Source: Octopus sinensis
Lineage: Eukaryota
Reading direction: 5' to 3'
Assembly: GCF_006345805.1 (NCBI RefSeq)
Contig: NC_043003.1
Location: 96,038,001-96,102,000, forward strand
DNA: 64,000 nucleotides
Position 1 is the first letter of the stretch. Each line of letters starts with the position of its first letter. The notes beneath the pieces are model-generated. The model saw only the letters and a list, made by a program, of their open reading frames with translations. It had not been told where the DNA came from and made no database searches. Both the position numbers and the translations under genes were made by a program. Below, one piece after another: positions 52,850 to 64,000 of the stretch.

Positions 52850-54443
52850 AAAAGTTTACAATAACCTTCATTTTATAAAGCTTCCAGAAAAATGGATACT
52901 TTTTAATGGAATTTTCAAAAAGTACTGCTCAGATGCTGTGGATTCAGAATATATAGGGATCAATAGGAAACAATTTTTCGGGGGTGGGGAGTTTCGGAAA
53001 ATTCACACGATCCACCTTTTTTCCCTCATAAATTTCTGGAAAATGGGTATCTTTTAATGAAATTTTATACAAATTTCTTTCCAACGGCATATATTACGAT
53101 TAAAAGAAATTTGCTGGGAAAAATTTTTCCTAAGGGGTGAGGAGAGGAATTTCAGAAATCGGAGTTTCGGATCAAGAAGACCAAATAAGTCGAAGCTACT
53201 CCGTCCTGACGGTGATTTTCCCCCCTTTTTTGTCTCACCACAGCCTTCGAAATGATGGGGAGGGGGGGCATTTTTTTAATGAAAAAAGTTTTGAAAATGT
53301 TTTGTACAACCTCTCCCATCATCCTACTCTGGATCGATTTTGGCCAATTTGTTGTTGCACTTCAAAACCATAGGGGGAGGGGCCTTTACAGTAAAAAAAA
53401 TATTTTAAAAAATTGTTAATATTTTCAAAGAAAAAAGTGATTTCGCTGTTGTTTCTAGCACATTCTAAGACAACTCGCCTTGTTTCTTTCTCACTCTCGA
53501 ATGTATTGACGTTTTTCTATATTTTTATCCCTATAAATACATTTATATGCTATTAAAAAATTTGAAAAATTATGATATTTTTGCAACCTCATCCCCCCGC
53601 CCCGATTGTTTCTGTTTATGATTTAAAATTTTGGAGAGCCTGAGAAGGTCATTGCTGGCATTTATCCACAGTGATTTTAAAAAAGAGCTACGTAAAAGAT
53701 AATTCATTTTAATAGCATACTTTTCTGTTAGAAAATGTTTTTTCTTACACACACACACAGAGCTTTGTTTGATTGAGGTGGGGGTAAAAATTTAAATGAC
53801 AATTTTTGTTTTGGTTTTTGGTGCTTATATTTCACCAATGGACCACGTATGTGTTACTTCGGCATCATCATTCCATAAAATGTTTAACAGGAGAAAAATA
53901 TTGAAAAAACAACAAGTGTGAGAGTGAAAACGGAGGGTGGTTTGGGACGTGCTAGAAACAACAGACAAATCTCTGTTGAATCGTACACCTTTTCCTCTGA
54001 AAATATTTACATTTGGCGATCTTTCGTCTCTAGTAGACCTTTCCGTCGATTTCCGTAATTTTTTTTTTTTTTTTTACATATGTGCTTGCGGGAACTTTTG
54101 AAGTAATATACATACATATACACATACACCGAGTAAAAAATTTCAGTTATCTCTTTCTTTCACACATTACTCTGTCTCTTCACACACACTAACAGAAGCA
54201 CTTCACTTACACAACATACTGTCTGTCTCCCACACCCCATCAAACACACACACACACACACAAATGTACATCAATGCTTCACATGCACGGTAACTTCAAA
54301 AGAACTTCCCTCGTCATACAATCGCTTTCTCTTAGTCTCTTTCGCTCTCATTACTTCAAAAGTTCCCGCAAGCCCATATGTAAAAAAAAACAAACTTTTT
54401 TACGGAAATCGACGGAAAGGTCTACTAGAGACGAAAGATTGCC
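52850..54443. repeat. Composite non-autonomous repeat with internal inverted repeats; shares a module with the Helitron at 6.3-6.5 kb
   Basis: IRs ~53445-53500 / 53915-53965 and 54015-54107 / 54350-54443; ~54130-54290 is inverse to ~6305-6480. Confidence 0.5.
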
Positions 54444-54900
54444 TTACATTTTTTTTTTTACTGTAAAGGCTTCTCCCATGGTTCTGAATCTGTAGTTATG
54501 CCGTAAAAGTTAAACCTGATTGAGTAATTCAAGTAAATGTTTACCCAGCGTATGTAAGTAAATAGTGACAATTTACAAAGAAAAAGAAAAAACCAAAGAC
54601 GAAGACAGGTGTGTAAACAACAAACAGACGTATTAGTTTAACGCTTGGGAAGTGAGAAATTCTTTTACGTTTCGAACCTATGCTCTCGGTGCTCCATTCA
54701 TAAAATAGAAAAGCACAAACCGCTAAAGTTCGTGTTTAATCCTTCCTTTGAATGAGTTTTTGATTTTCTAGAATAATCTAAATTAGTTCCACGGACTCTT
54801 TTATTTTTTCCTTTTTGTTGGAGAAATAACTGAGGGTATTTTGACAGATAAATAAATAGCAAGACACGTTCGCACCGAGAGAAAAAAACTGCTTTGTTTT

Positions 54901-55146
54901 GGTCACGTGAACCAACTCATGCAGAGAAGGCGAGAATAAATAAGGGGAGAAGGAAGAGTAGGTTAAGTAGTAGTAAATAGCTGTAGTGGTGGTGGTGATG
55001 GTGATAGTAGTAGTAGTAGAGAAAGAAGAGGTAGAAGGCGGAGGAAGTAAACACAGTAGAACTTTACTTCTATTCTGCCGGTGATACTTCTTTATAGGAT
55101 ATCGGACAAATTTCGCGCTTCATATAATAACTATTTGCAGGTAAAG
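54901..55146 (+). promoter_or_regulatory. Possible promoter/first exon with 5' splice donor
   Basis: GGTCACGTGAACC 54901, GGAAGTAAACA 55043, TTTCGCGC 55111, CAG|GTAAAG 55141; non-repeat context. Confidence 0.25.
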
Positions 55147-56230
55147 GAAAAAAAACTTCATTATTTTATTATTATTATTGTTATTGTCTCTATTTCATCG
55201 GTACTTGGTTGTTTATTTTACTAGCCTCTTCATTCTCGTTAAAAAGGTATGAACACCACACAACCTCATTCGTTCCTCTCCTCTCTTATAAAACTAAACG
55301 TCTTTTACGTAATCCTAAAAACTAATCATTATTATAAATACCGCAATGACTTGCGGTGTATTTCTTTCGGCTATTCATGGTCCGAGTTCAAATCTCGTGG
55401 AGGTCAGCTTTGCCCTTCGTTTAATCGAGATCAATAAAATCAAGTACCGGTTAAGTACTGGGGGTCAATAGTGTGAACTAACCCTTTCATTTCAAAACTG
55501 CTAGCCTTATTATACCTATGTTTGAAACAGTTATTATGTGTAATAGTAGTGGTAATAAAACTACAATGAAAGATATTCAAGATCGGTTTTGATCCTTGTA
55601 TAAGCACTTGTACATAACAACATTAACCCCTGTCAGATGTCTTCAGAACGTTATTTTACAGTATTTTTACTTTCTTCACTAGAGTTCAAATCCTTCCAGG
55701 ATCAAATGAAGTATCGCATCTTCTAGATCAAAGAAATTATTTGCCGATTATATACGGCTATATTCCGGTACCTATATTCCTCTCTTACAGGACTACGCTT
55801 ATGCCTAGTTAAACAAACTTTTTATTATTAAATCTTCCTTATCCATAAAACAATTATTTTTATGTGTTCATTTTGCTTTAAATCTTTTATTTTTGTAAAT
55901 TAACCCCCTCACTCCCACCAGTTTCCTTATTAATTTCGAGGTGAAGGAGGAGGAGGAGGAATAGCATGGTTGGTTTTATAGTGTTGCCAAAGCAGACGAA
56001 GTTCCATCTGTCTGTAAACATCCTTCGCCAATGGAAACCGATGTCAACAAAACACGAACACTATCCGATAACTAGCGGCATTATTATATAATAGGAATAG
56101 ATTCTTTGAAGATGATGTATATTCACTTATTATTTAATATCGATATTTTCTTCGAAGATCTATAAACTTTTTTTTATTTAATACGAACATTTCTTTGGGT
56201 AAAATTACAGATTAACACCCGCACGATTTT

Positions 56231-56332
56231 AATATGCTGGAAATCCCATATTTTGGTTCGGAATTTGTCCGGAGGTGTGGGGGTTCCCCTCCGGACCAAA
56301 TCCTAACCAAAATATGGGATTTCCAGCATATT
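56231..56332. other. 102-nt near-perfect hairpin (MITE or pre-miRNA-like)
   Basis: 45-bp arms with few mismatches, 12-nt loop, TA at both outer edges. Confidence 0.8.
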
Positions 56333-57103
56333 AGGAGGTCAGGGTACTTGATTCCACGCAAAAAATCCAAGTTTTTTTTTTTTTTAGTGTTTTCTAACTA
56401 TTTGTTAGATAATCTGCTTTACTCATTATTTACTTATTCAGTAAAACATTTATTTCGTTAATATTATTCCTGAAAGAACACACTCGAACAAAATCTAAAC
56501 GAAAAGATAAAACCACACATTTCAGAATTCGTATAAAGCATCCTTCTTTTGACTGAATTCTAATAGAAGATAGTGACAGAAGAACTAAGACTTGATGCTT
56601 TCATAATTTGTTTATATATATATATATATATTATATATATATATGTATGTGTGTGTGTGTGCACCTGAATGGACGCAACCGCCCTAATGGTAAAGAAGGT
56701 CGCAGTAAATGGCGTGGTCGCGGATTGGATTCCATTACATGGCATTTTCAGCATTTTTTGTTTTTTTTACCGTAACTTCGTGTCAATCCCAAACCATGTG
56801 AATGCAATCAGTTTCACGGAAACTGTTTGGAAGCCTGCGAAGGGCGAGATTGTGATACACTATGTCTCGTAGATTCTTTCTGACAGTTACGTTTAGGGTA
56901 CACGTGTCTGCGGAATACTCTGCTACATCACAGTTTAATTGAAAGAGGTCGTTCAGTTGATCGAACAACTGAACTCATCGACGAAATAAGTGCAGGATGC
57001 AGACACAGGCATACGTGCACACACGCACGAGTGTGTGTATGTATAAATGTCTGTCTATCTATCTGTCTGTCCTTCCGACAGTCTGTCTGTCCGTCCGTCC
57101 GTA

Positions 57104-57134
<31 letters not shown>

Positions 57135-57356
57135 TTGTCCGTTCGTCTACCTATCTATCTATCTGTCTGTCTACACCAACGTTTGTGTAATTGTCTCAAC
57201 TCGTAAGTAAGACTGAAGTTCCGCTTCGATTGAGAAGAAGAATAGGAAAGAAGGTAGTGGTTTTATGTGAGGTGTTGTTTTGCGTTGAAGCAGCAGTTTT
57301 TAACGTGGGGAATGCCAATACTTTGATGCGTATGAGATTTTGGAATGGAGTACAAG

Positions 57357-57495
57357 CTCTAGCGTAGCTAGAGTGTGTGCCACCCGGGGCGGCCTTTCTG
57401 CTTGTCGCCGGACCCCACAAAAAACTCATCGCCTACAGCAGACCCAAAACTGTCGCCCGGGGCGGATCGCCCCTGCCTTACTAGCTACACTAGTG
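57357..57495. mobile_element. hAT-like MITE, 139 bp
   Basis: 15-bp TIR C(A/T)CTAG(T/C)GTAGCTAG; 8-bp TSD AGTACAAG at 57349 and 57496. Confidence 0.7.
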
Positions 57496-58120
57496 AGTAC
57501 AAGTATGTAACAAGTGAATAAAACTTGCAATAAAGTTTTAATTAAAACTACTTTTGGAGACATATTATGCTATATACCTTGTTCATAGCGGAGAATGTTG
57601 TTTTTTTGGAAAAATGAATTTGAAAAATTATAGATTAAAATATGATTCAAGGTTTACTGTTTTGAAAGTGATTCATGGCTAATCTACATTTTATACGGAT
57701 GATACAGGGGAATAAATGGGACGGAATGATAAAGGGAGATGGTGATTAGTTATGATAAGGTGTTAGAGCATACCCTGAAGGTACAAGAATGTGAATAGAA
57801 GAGAGCATGGGAACTAAAAGATCAGGAAGAGTGGATGGGTAGAGGTTACAAGAGTGTAGGGACTGAGTTAGAGGGGTAGGGTTGTGCTAAACATAACGAA
57901 TGGTGAACAAGGAAGGACGCTAGTTTGTTGATGGTAATTACAAATGATGGTGGTGATAAGAATGCAGGATGACTATCAATACAAGTACCTTAGGTGGGGC
58001 AAAGTGATGTCTGGCAGTATAGAAAAAGAGTTATGAGCAGCAGAATAACATGACAGGGGAGGAATGAAAGTGCGGTGATAGAAAGATGAAGGGTGGCTGT
58101 GGATGCATAAAAGGTATAAA

Positions 58121-58355
58121 AGGCGGCGAGCTGGCAGAAACGTTAGCACGCCGGGCGAAATGCTTAGCGGTATTTCGTCTGCGTTACGTTGTGAGTTCAA
58201 ATTCCGCCGAGGTCGACTTTGCCTTTCATCCTTTCGGAGTCGATAAATTAAGTACCAGTTACGCACTGGGGTCGATGTAATCGACTTAATACCTATGTCT
58301 GTCCTTGTTTGTCCCCTCTGTGCTTAGCCCCTTGTGGGTAATAAAGAAATAGGTA
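58121..58355 (+). mobile_element. tRNA-derived SINE family 3, young-looking copy
   Basis: CpG-rich head AGGCGGCGAGCTGGCAGAA, GAGTTCAAATTCC B-box, CCTTTCATCCTTTCGGAGTCGATAAATTAAGTACC core. Confidence 0.8.
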
Positions 58356-58648
58356 TAAAAGTGGCATGAGTGTTGGTTGAGATTGAGAAGGAGAGCTAAC
58401 GGTGGAAGTGGCCAGATGTGTATAGCAGTGAGTTCATTGAGGGGTGAAGAAGGGTGGGTAAGTGGTTGATGCTAGTATGAATGGGGAATGTTGTTGACAA
58501 GGAAGGAGGGATGGATGTCAAAAAGAAGTAGTTCGCAAGAGAGGGAGAGATAACTGGCAATAAATAAAATGGCAACAGTATGACATGTACATATATAAGT
58601 TGTATATATATGTGTGTGTGTGTGTATTACACATTTATAAACAGTATA

Positions 58649-58697
<49 letters not shown>

Positions 58698-59227
58698 TAT
58701 GTGTGTGTGTGTGGTGTGTGTGTTTATATGTGTGTGTGTGTGTGTTTATATGTGTGGTGTGTTTATATGTGTGTGTGTATGTGTATATATATATATATAT
58801 ATATTATATACATATATATATTCTTTTATCTTTTACTTGTTTCAGTCATTTGACTGTGGCCATGCTGGGCCTTGTATAATTTGTTTCAGTCGAATAAATC
58901 AACCCCAGTGTTTTATTTTTTTTTTTGTTAAGCCTGATACTATTCTATTGGTCACTTTGCTGAACTGCTAAGTTATGGGGATGTAAACACACCAACACCA
59001 GTGGTGGTTGGGGGACAAGCAAAGTTACACATAGATATATATACATGACTGATTTCTTTTAGTTTCTGCCTACTAAATCCACTCACAAGACTCTAGTCAC
59101 AAGTCAGCTTGAGACTATTGTAGAAGATGCTTGCCGAAGATGTCACACAGCAGGACTGAACCAGAATCATGTGTTTGGGAAGCAAGCTTCTTACCGTGCA
59201 GCTATGCCTGGGCCTATACATATATAT

Positions 59228-60503
59228 ACAGGGTGCGATGAATAAACTGTTGTCTGAATTATGCAAAAATGAAAATAACATTGACATCTCATTTTAACAG
59301 ATATACTCTTTACTCTCTCTCTCTTTTACTTGTTTCAGTCATTTGACTGCGGCCATGCTGGAGCACCACCTTTAGTCGAGCAAATCGACCCCGGGACTTA
59401 TTCTTTGTAAGCCCAGTACTTATTCTATCGGTCTCTTTTGCCGAACCGCTAAGTTATGGGGACGTAAACACACCAGCATCGGTTGTCAAACAATGCTAGG
59501 GGGACAAACACACACACGCATATATATATATATATATACATATATACGACGGGCTTCTTTCAGTTTCCGTCTACCAAATCCACTCACAAGGCTTTGGTCG
59601 GCCCGAGGCTATAGTAGAAGACACTTGCCCAAGATGCCACACAGTGGGACTGAACCCGGAACCATGTGGTTGGTAAGCAAGATACTTACCACACAGCCAC
59701 TCCTGTGTAATTTACCAAAATTACATAAAAACATCTTGAAATACTAAAGAGTCAATCTATTCAATAAAATCGCAATTGGTATCAACCATGGCCTTCAGAT
59801 GACTTTGGAATCTCCAGCAACTCTTCTGGACGTTCTCCTTGTTTAAGTTGGTGAATGCTGCCATAACCCTTGCCTTCAGTTCATTTTTGGTGTTACAAGG
59901 AATTTTGTTGGTCTCTCACTCAACTGCACCCCACACATAATAATGAAGTGGGTTGCAGTCTAGGGAGTTAGGTGGCCAGATTTTAGGGGTGATGGAGTTA
60001 CAGAAATTGTCTGACAGCCATGACTGGGTTCACCTGCTAGTGCGGCATGGTGCAGTCCTGTTGCCAGACATAGGGTCTTCTAGCAGCCACCCTCTTCACC
60101 CAGGGCAACACTAGCTCCATCAGGCACTTGATATAGGCTTCCATGTTGAGCTTGAGGCCATGTGGAAAGATGAATGGAGGCATAATATCGCCATCACTCC
60201 AAACGCTATGATGTTGACTGGATTTTTGATTTTTATCACTCTTGGTACATGTCCTCAGATTGCACTATCCTCAGACTGACACCCAAACACTCTGAAATGT
60301 TCATACTGGAGCTTCTGTGCGAATACCAAGCAGTACAGCATGTTGTTTCCAAATTTCTGCCTGAGTGAATTGCGTCATGGTGCTGTTTTTCTCACAGGTG
60401 GTGCCCAACTGACCCTACTATACTGTGTAGTTGACAAAATCAAAAACAAACAATGCACAAAATTAAAAATATAAGGTGGTGACAATTAACCCATTGCACC
60501 CTG
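59228..60503 (-). mobile_element. maT/DD37D-like Tc1-mariner deletion derivative, interrupted by a SINE
   Basis: CAGGGTGC.ATG TIRs at both ends; minus frames GDIMPPFIFPHGLKLN..WQQD..WPPNSLDCNPL.YYVWGAVERETNK. Confidence 0.75.
59321..59704 (-). mobile_element. SINE family 1, full length
   Basis: Inverse of 20985-21425 with a shorter internal microsatellite. Confidence 0.85.
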
Positions 60504-60949
60504 TGTGTGTGTGTGTGTGTATATATATACACACACACACATATTTGTATATAGAAGTGGTGCAGGGAAACTTGGAGTGGATGTGGAGTCAAAAAACTGG
60601 ATTCAAAAGTTGCAGATGAATTTATCTCTTAATGGAAGTATGGATGAATGGAAGGTGAGAGAGCATGGAATCTGATCTGTAGTGTGCATAAAGAGGGTAG
60701 GAGACTAGTGATGTAGTAAATGTCCTAAACCTGGCAGAGTGTAAAGATCCAACTTAAGGGCTTCTTCTACAATAAAAGTCTAGATAACATGATTGAGGAC
60801 AATTTCATTAACATGAAAAAACACAAAGTCTAACTGGACACCAAACCTAGGAGTACAGCTCTTGGTCGATTTATTTGTCAATATATGCTGTTTTGATTTG
60901 CACATTTCAATTGCAACAAATGACCAAAACGATCAGACTCTCTATCAAT

Positions 60950-61425
60950 GGATCTCAACTCTCTTTGGAAGCTCCACCAACAACGAGGCATCATTATGAA
61001 CTTGTCTCTCATCTGGCTCACTTCTACTCTCTGCCACTATCCTCATAGTAATCATACCCACAAATCTCTATCATCTACTTTTTCACCAAACAAGACAATC
61101 TTAGCTGCCCTATTATCATCACTGGTACCTGCAATACTTAACAGTGTACTTTAACAAAATACTGCCACCTCTTGTCACTGCCTTACCCTCACACATTAAA
61201 GACACCAACCATGCCCTAAAACTTTTTATCTTATCCTTTTTTTCCAGCACTAAATCCCTCTATACAGTCTTCTCTCACAACAATAGCCCATCAACCCTTA
61301 GATGTTTTCTAAACCGCCTGCCCCTATCTTTACCCAGCACTACAACACTCCTCTGCTTATCTGAGCTCATCATAACCCTTTATTGCTTTTCCTTTTCTGA
61401 AGAATTTTATAAACAAATCTGCTGA
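60950..61425 (+). mobile_element. Penelope-like reverse transcriptase fragment
   Basis: KILPPLVTALPSHIKDTNHALKLF..KSLYT..PSTTTLLCLSELIITLYCFSFSEEFYKQI. Confidence 0.8.
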
Positions 61426-61542
61426 GCCCAGAGTTGTACAATCCTGGGGTTGATTTCTTCGACTAAAGGTGGTGTTCCAGCATGGTCACAATCACATGAC
61501 CAAAACAAATAAAACAATAAAAAAAACCCATGCCATTTTAAT

Positions 61543-61570
61543 CCCGAACAACGCCGGGTATCTCTGCTAG
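61543..61570 (+). mobile_element. Solo Helitron 3' terminus
   Basis: CCCGAACAACGCCGGG hairpin + CTAG|T, same as 7423-7451. Confidence 0.6.
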
Positions 61571-61587
61571 TATTATATATATATATA

Positions 61588-61872
61588 TCACGTGACTGAC
61601 CAGACCATCAGATGTTGTTACACATCGCTGGTCACAATGCGTTCGCATTGTTTTAGCCTTCGAATGACGCCACCCCGCTGGCTAAGCAAGCAAGCCAACA
61701 GAAGAAAGAGTGGTGAAAGAGTACAGCAGGGATCACCACCCCCTGCTGGAGCGTCGTGGAACTTTTAGGTGTTTTCGCTCAATAAACACTCACAATGCCC
61801 GGTCTGGGAATCGAAACCGCGATCCTGCGACCGCGAGTCCGCTGCCCTAACCACTGGGCCATTGCGCCTCCA
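61588..61872 (-). mobile_element. SINE family 2
   Basis: Inverse of 42811-43112. Confidence 0.85.
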
Positions 61873-62141
61873 TATATATATATATATATATACATATATA
61901 CACACACATAAATATATTACATATGTATGTAGTATGGATATATATAAATGATAGAGGGAACAGCTGTTGGCTAATGAACTTGGTAACATAATTTCTATTC
62001 CCTTGTTATTCAATTGATTTAAATTATGCTCTGTTTTTGTCTACAACTTTATTCTGCTTCAGATAAGTTATTATCACTATGTCTAACACAAATCATAAAA
62101 TATGTATTCACATACATACATACATACATGCATGCATGCAT

Positions 62142-62234
<93 letters not shown>

Positions 62235-62583
62235 CATGCATGCATGCATGCATGCATGCATAAGACACAGCATGAAAAATTGTCATTTTAGATCATTTCA
62301 TATTTCTTTATTGTGGTAAATTTGACTTACAGTTGTTTCCAGTGGTCATTATAGGTTCATTATTGATAGGTTTACTCAATCGAACCATTGATTTGTTGAT
62401 TTACAATAAAGATTGATGATGAACTATAATGTGTGACTGCCACAAGAACATGCTGAGCTCTTTACTTACCTCAACATTATTGTTAGTCTGGTGTACTAAC
62501 AGAGAGCTTGTTAAGTGTTTTGCCTGAATTGATAACCCCTCACTAATTAGTCTGTTGTGTGTGTGTGTATATTTATATATAGT

Positions 62584-62908
62584 GAAGGTGCGTGGCTTAG
62601 TGGTTAGGGCATTCGGCTCACGATTGTAAGATCGTGAGTTCGATTCCAAGCGATGCGTTGTGTCCTTGAGCAAGACACTTTATTTCATGTTGCTCCAGTC
62701 CACTCAGCTAGCAAAAATGAGTTGTACCTGTATTTCAAAGGGCCGGCCTTGTCACACTGTGTGTCACGCTGAATCTCCCTGAGAACTACATTAAGGGTAC
62801 ACGTGTCTGTGGAGTGCTCAGCCACTTGCACGTTAATTTCTCGAGCAGGCTGTTCTGTTGATCGTATCAGCTGGGACCCTCATCGTCGTAACCGACAGAG
62901 TGCTCATA
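62584..62908 (+). mobile_element. tRNA-derived SINE family 4
   Basis: GGCTTAGTGGTTAGGGCATTCGGCTC..GAGTTCGATTCC head, TCCTTGAGCAAGACACTT core; partial copy at ~56780-56960. Confidence 0.75.
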
Positions 62909-62909
62909 T

Positions 62910-63164
62910 TTATATATATATATATATATACATACATACACACACACACACATACATACACTACATACATAAATACATATATACATACACACACATACAT
63001 AAACATACATATGTACACACACGCACATACACACATACACGCATGCAAAAATACATACATACACACATATGTACATACATACATACATACACACACACTT
63101 ACACACATACACACACATACATACATACGTACGTACATACATACATACACACACATACATACAC

Positions 63165-63201
<37 letters not shown>

Positions 63202-63640
63202 TACATACATACACACACATACATACACACATACACACACACATACACACATACATACATACACACACGCATACATATACATACATACACACACATACAC
63301 ACATACATACACACATATAAGCCCCTACATTGTACACACACGCACACATATATACATACATTCACTCGCACGCACGTACACACACACATTTACATATATA
63401 TATACTATACACTCACACACACATACACACGTACAAACACACACAAACTCACATACACACCGACAGATATACATACACAATATACACCTATCCGCGCATG
63501 CACACATACACACAAACACATACAAACGCACACATACACGCACACACATACACGTACATACATACACTCTCGTACAAATGAACTCACATATACATCCCTA
63601 CACACACACACACACGCACGTACAAGCACCCACGTACTAG
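62910..63640. repeat. Long compound (TA)/(CA)/(CATA)n microsatellite
   Basis: Direct inspection; source of the His/Thr- and Val/Cys-rich ORFs. Confidence 0.95.
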
Positions 63641-64000
63641 GTTAAACAGTTTCTTGCCACACACCCACACTCTACGCATACACACGAACACACACATGCA
63701 CACACACACACACTACAAACAACACACACACATGATACATATAGCCCTTTGTTTTTTGTTTTTTGACCCGGCTTTGACCTGGCTTGACACAAACAGCTAG
63801 TGGTCATCATCACAGCTGGCTTTGTCATTGCTTTTATTCACCAAAAATACACACACACACACACACACACACGCACAAACACACTTGTCATCTTGCACAC
63901 ACACACACACACACACACACAGGCATTCCTTTTTTTGGAACTCTCTTGCATTATAAAACCATATTTCAACTACCTTCAAATTCTGTTCTTTCAACATGTG

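Noticed and set aside
62803-63645. 280-aa His/Thr-rich and Val/Cys-rich ORFs
   Set aside because: Translation of (CA)/(CATA)n microsatellite; the same applies to all YI/CV/HT-repeat ORFs in the track

Overview
A 64-kb window of AT-rich, microsatellite-saturated animal genomic DNA, almost certainly an octopus (inferred from the tRNA-derived SINE families and the RTE-LINE 3' tails ending in (GAT)n). It is essentially non-coding: no intact host CDS can be supported, and most ORFs in the track are microsatellite artefacts or transposon debris. Recognisable debris includes RTE and RTE-X LINEs, a Tx1/L1 end, a CRE-type RLE end, Penelope RT and GIY-YIG pieces, Gypsy integrase, mariner, maT, piggyBac, a Helitron, MITEs and four SINE families. 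The most striking structure is at 35.5-51 kb. A foldback-type element is built almost entirely of CTATAG-core sub-repeats, has CGTC...GACG termini, and has an 8(-9)-bp target-site duplication. It sits in both arms of a ~15.5-kb inverted duplication and is itself flipped or scrambled in the second arm. Other highlights are a C4HC3 PHD finger embedded in the RTE reverse-transcriptase ORF, a Tx1-like end flanked on both sides by (GATA)n, near-perfect hairpins beside (TA)n, a tandem array of STAT-type palindromes, and weak hints of host promoters and micro-exons. All alignments and classifications were made by eye; no database searches were run.
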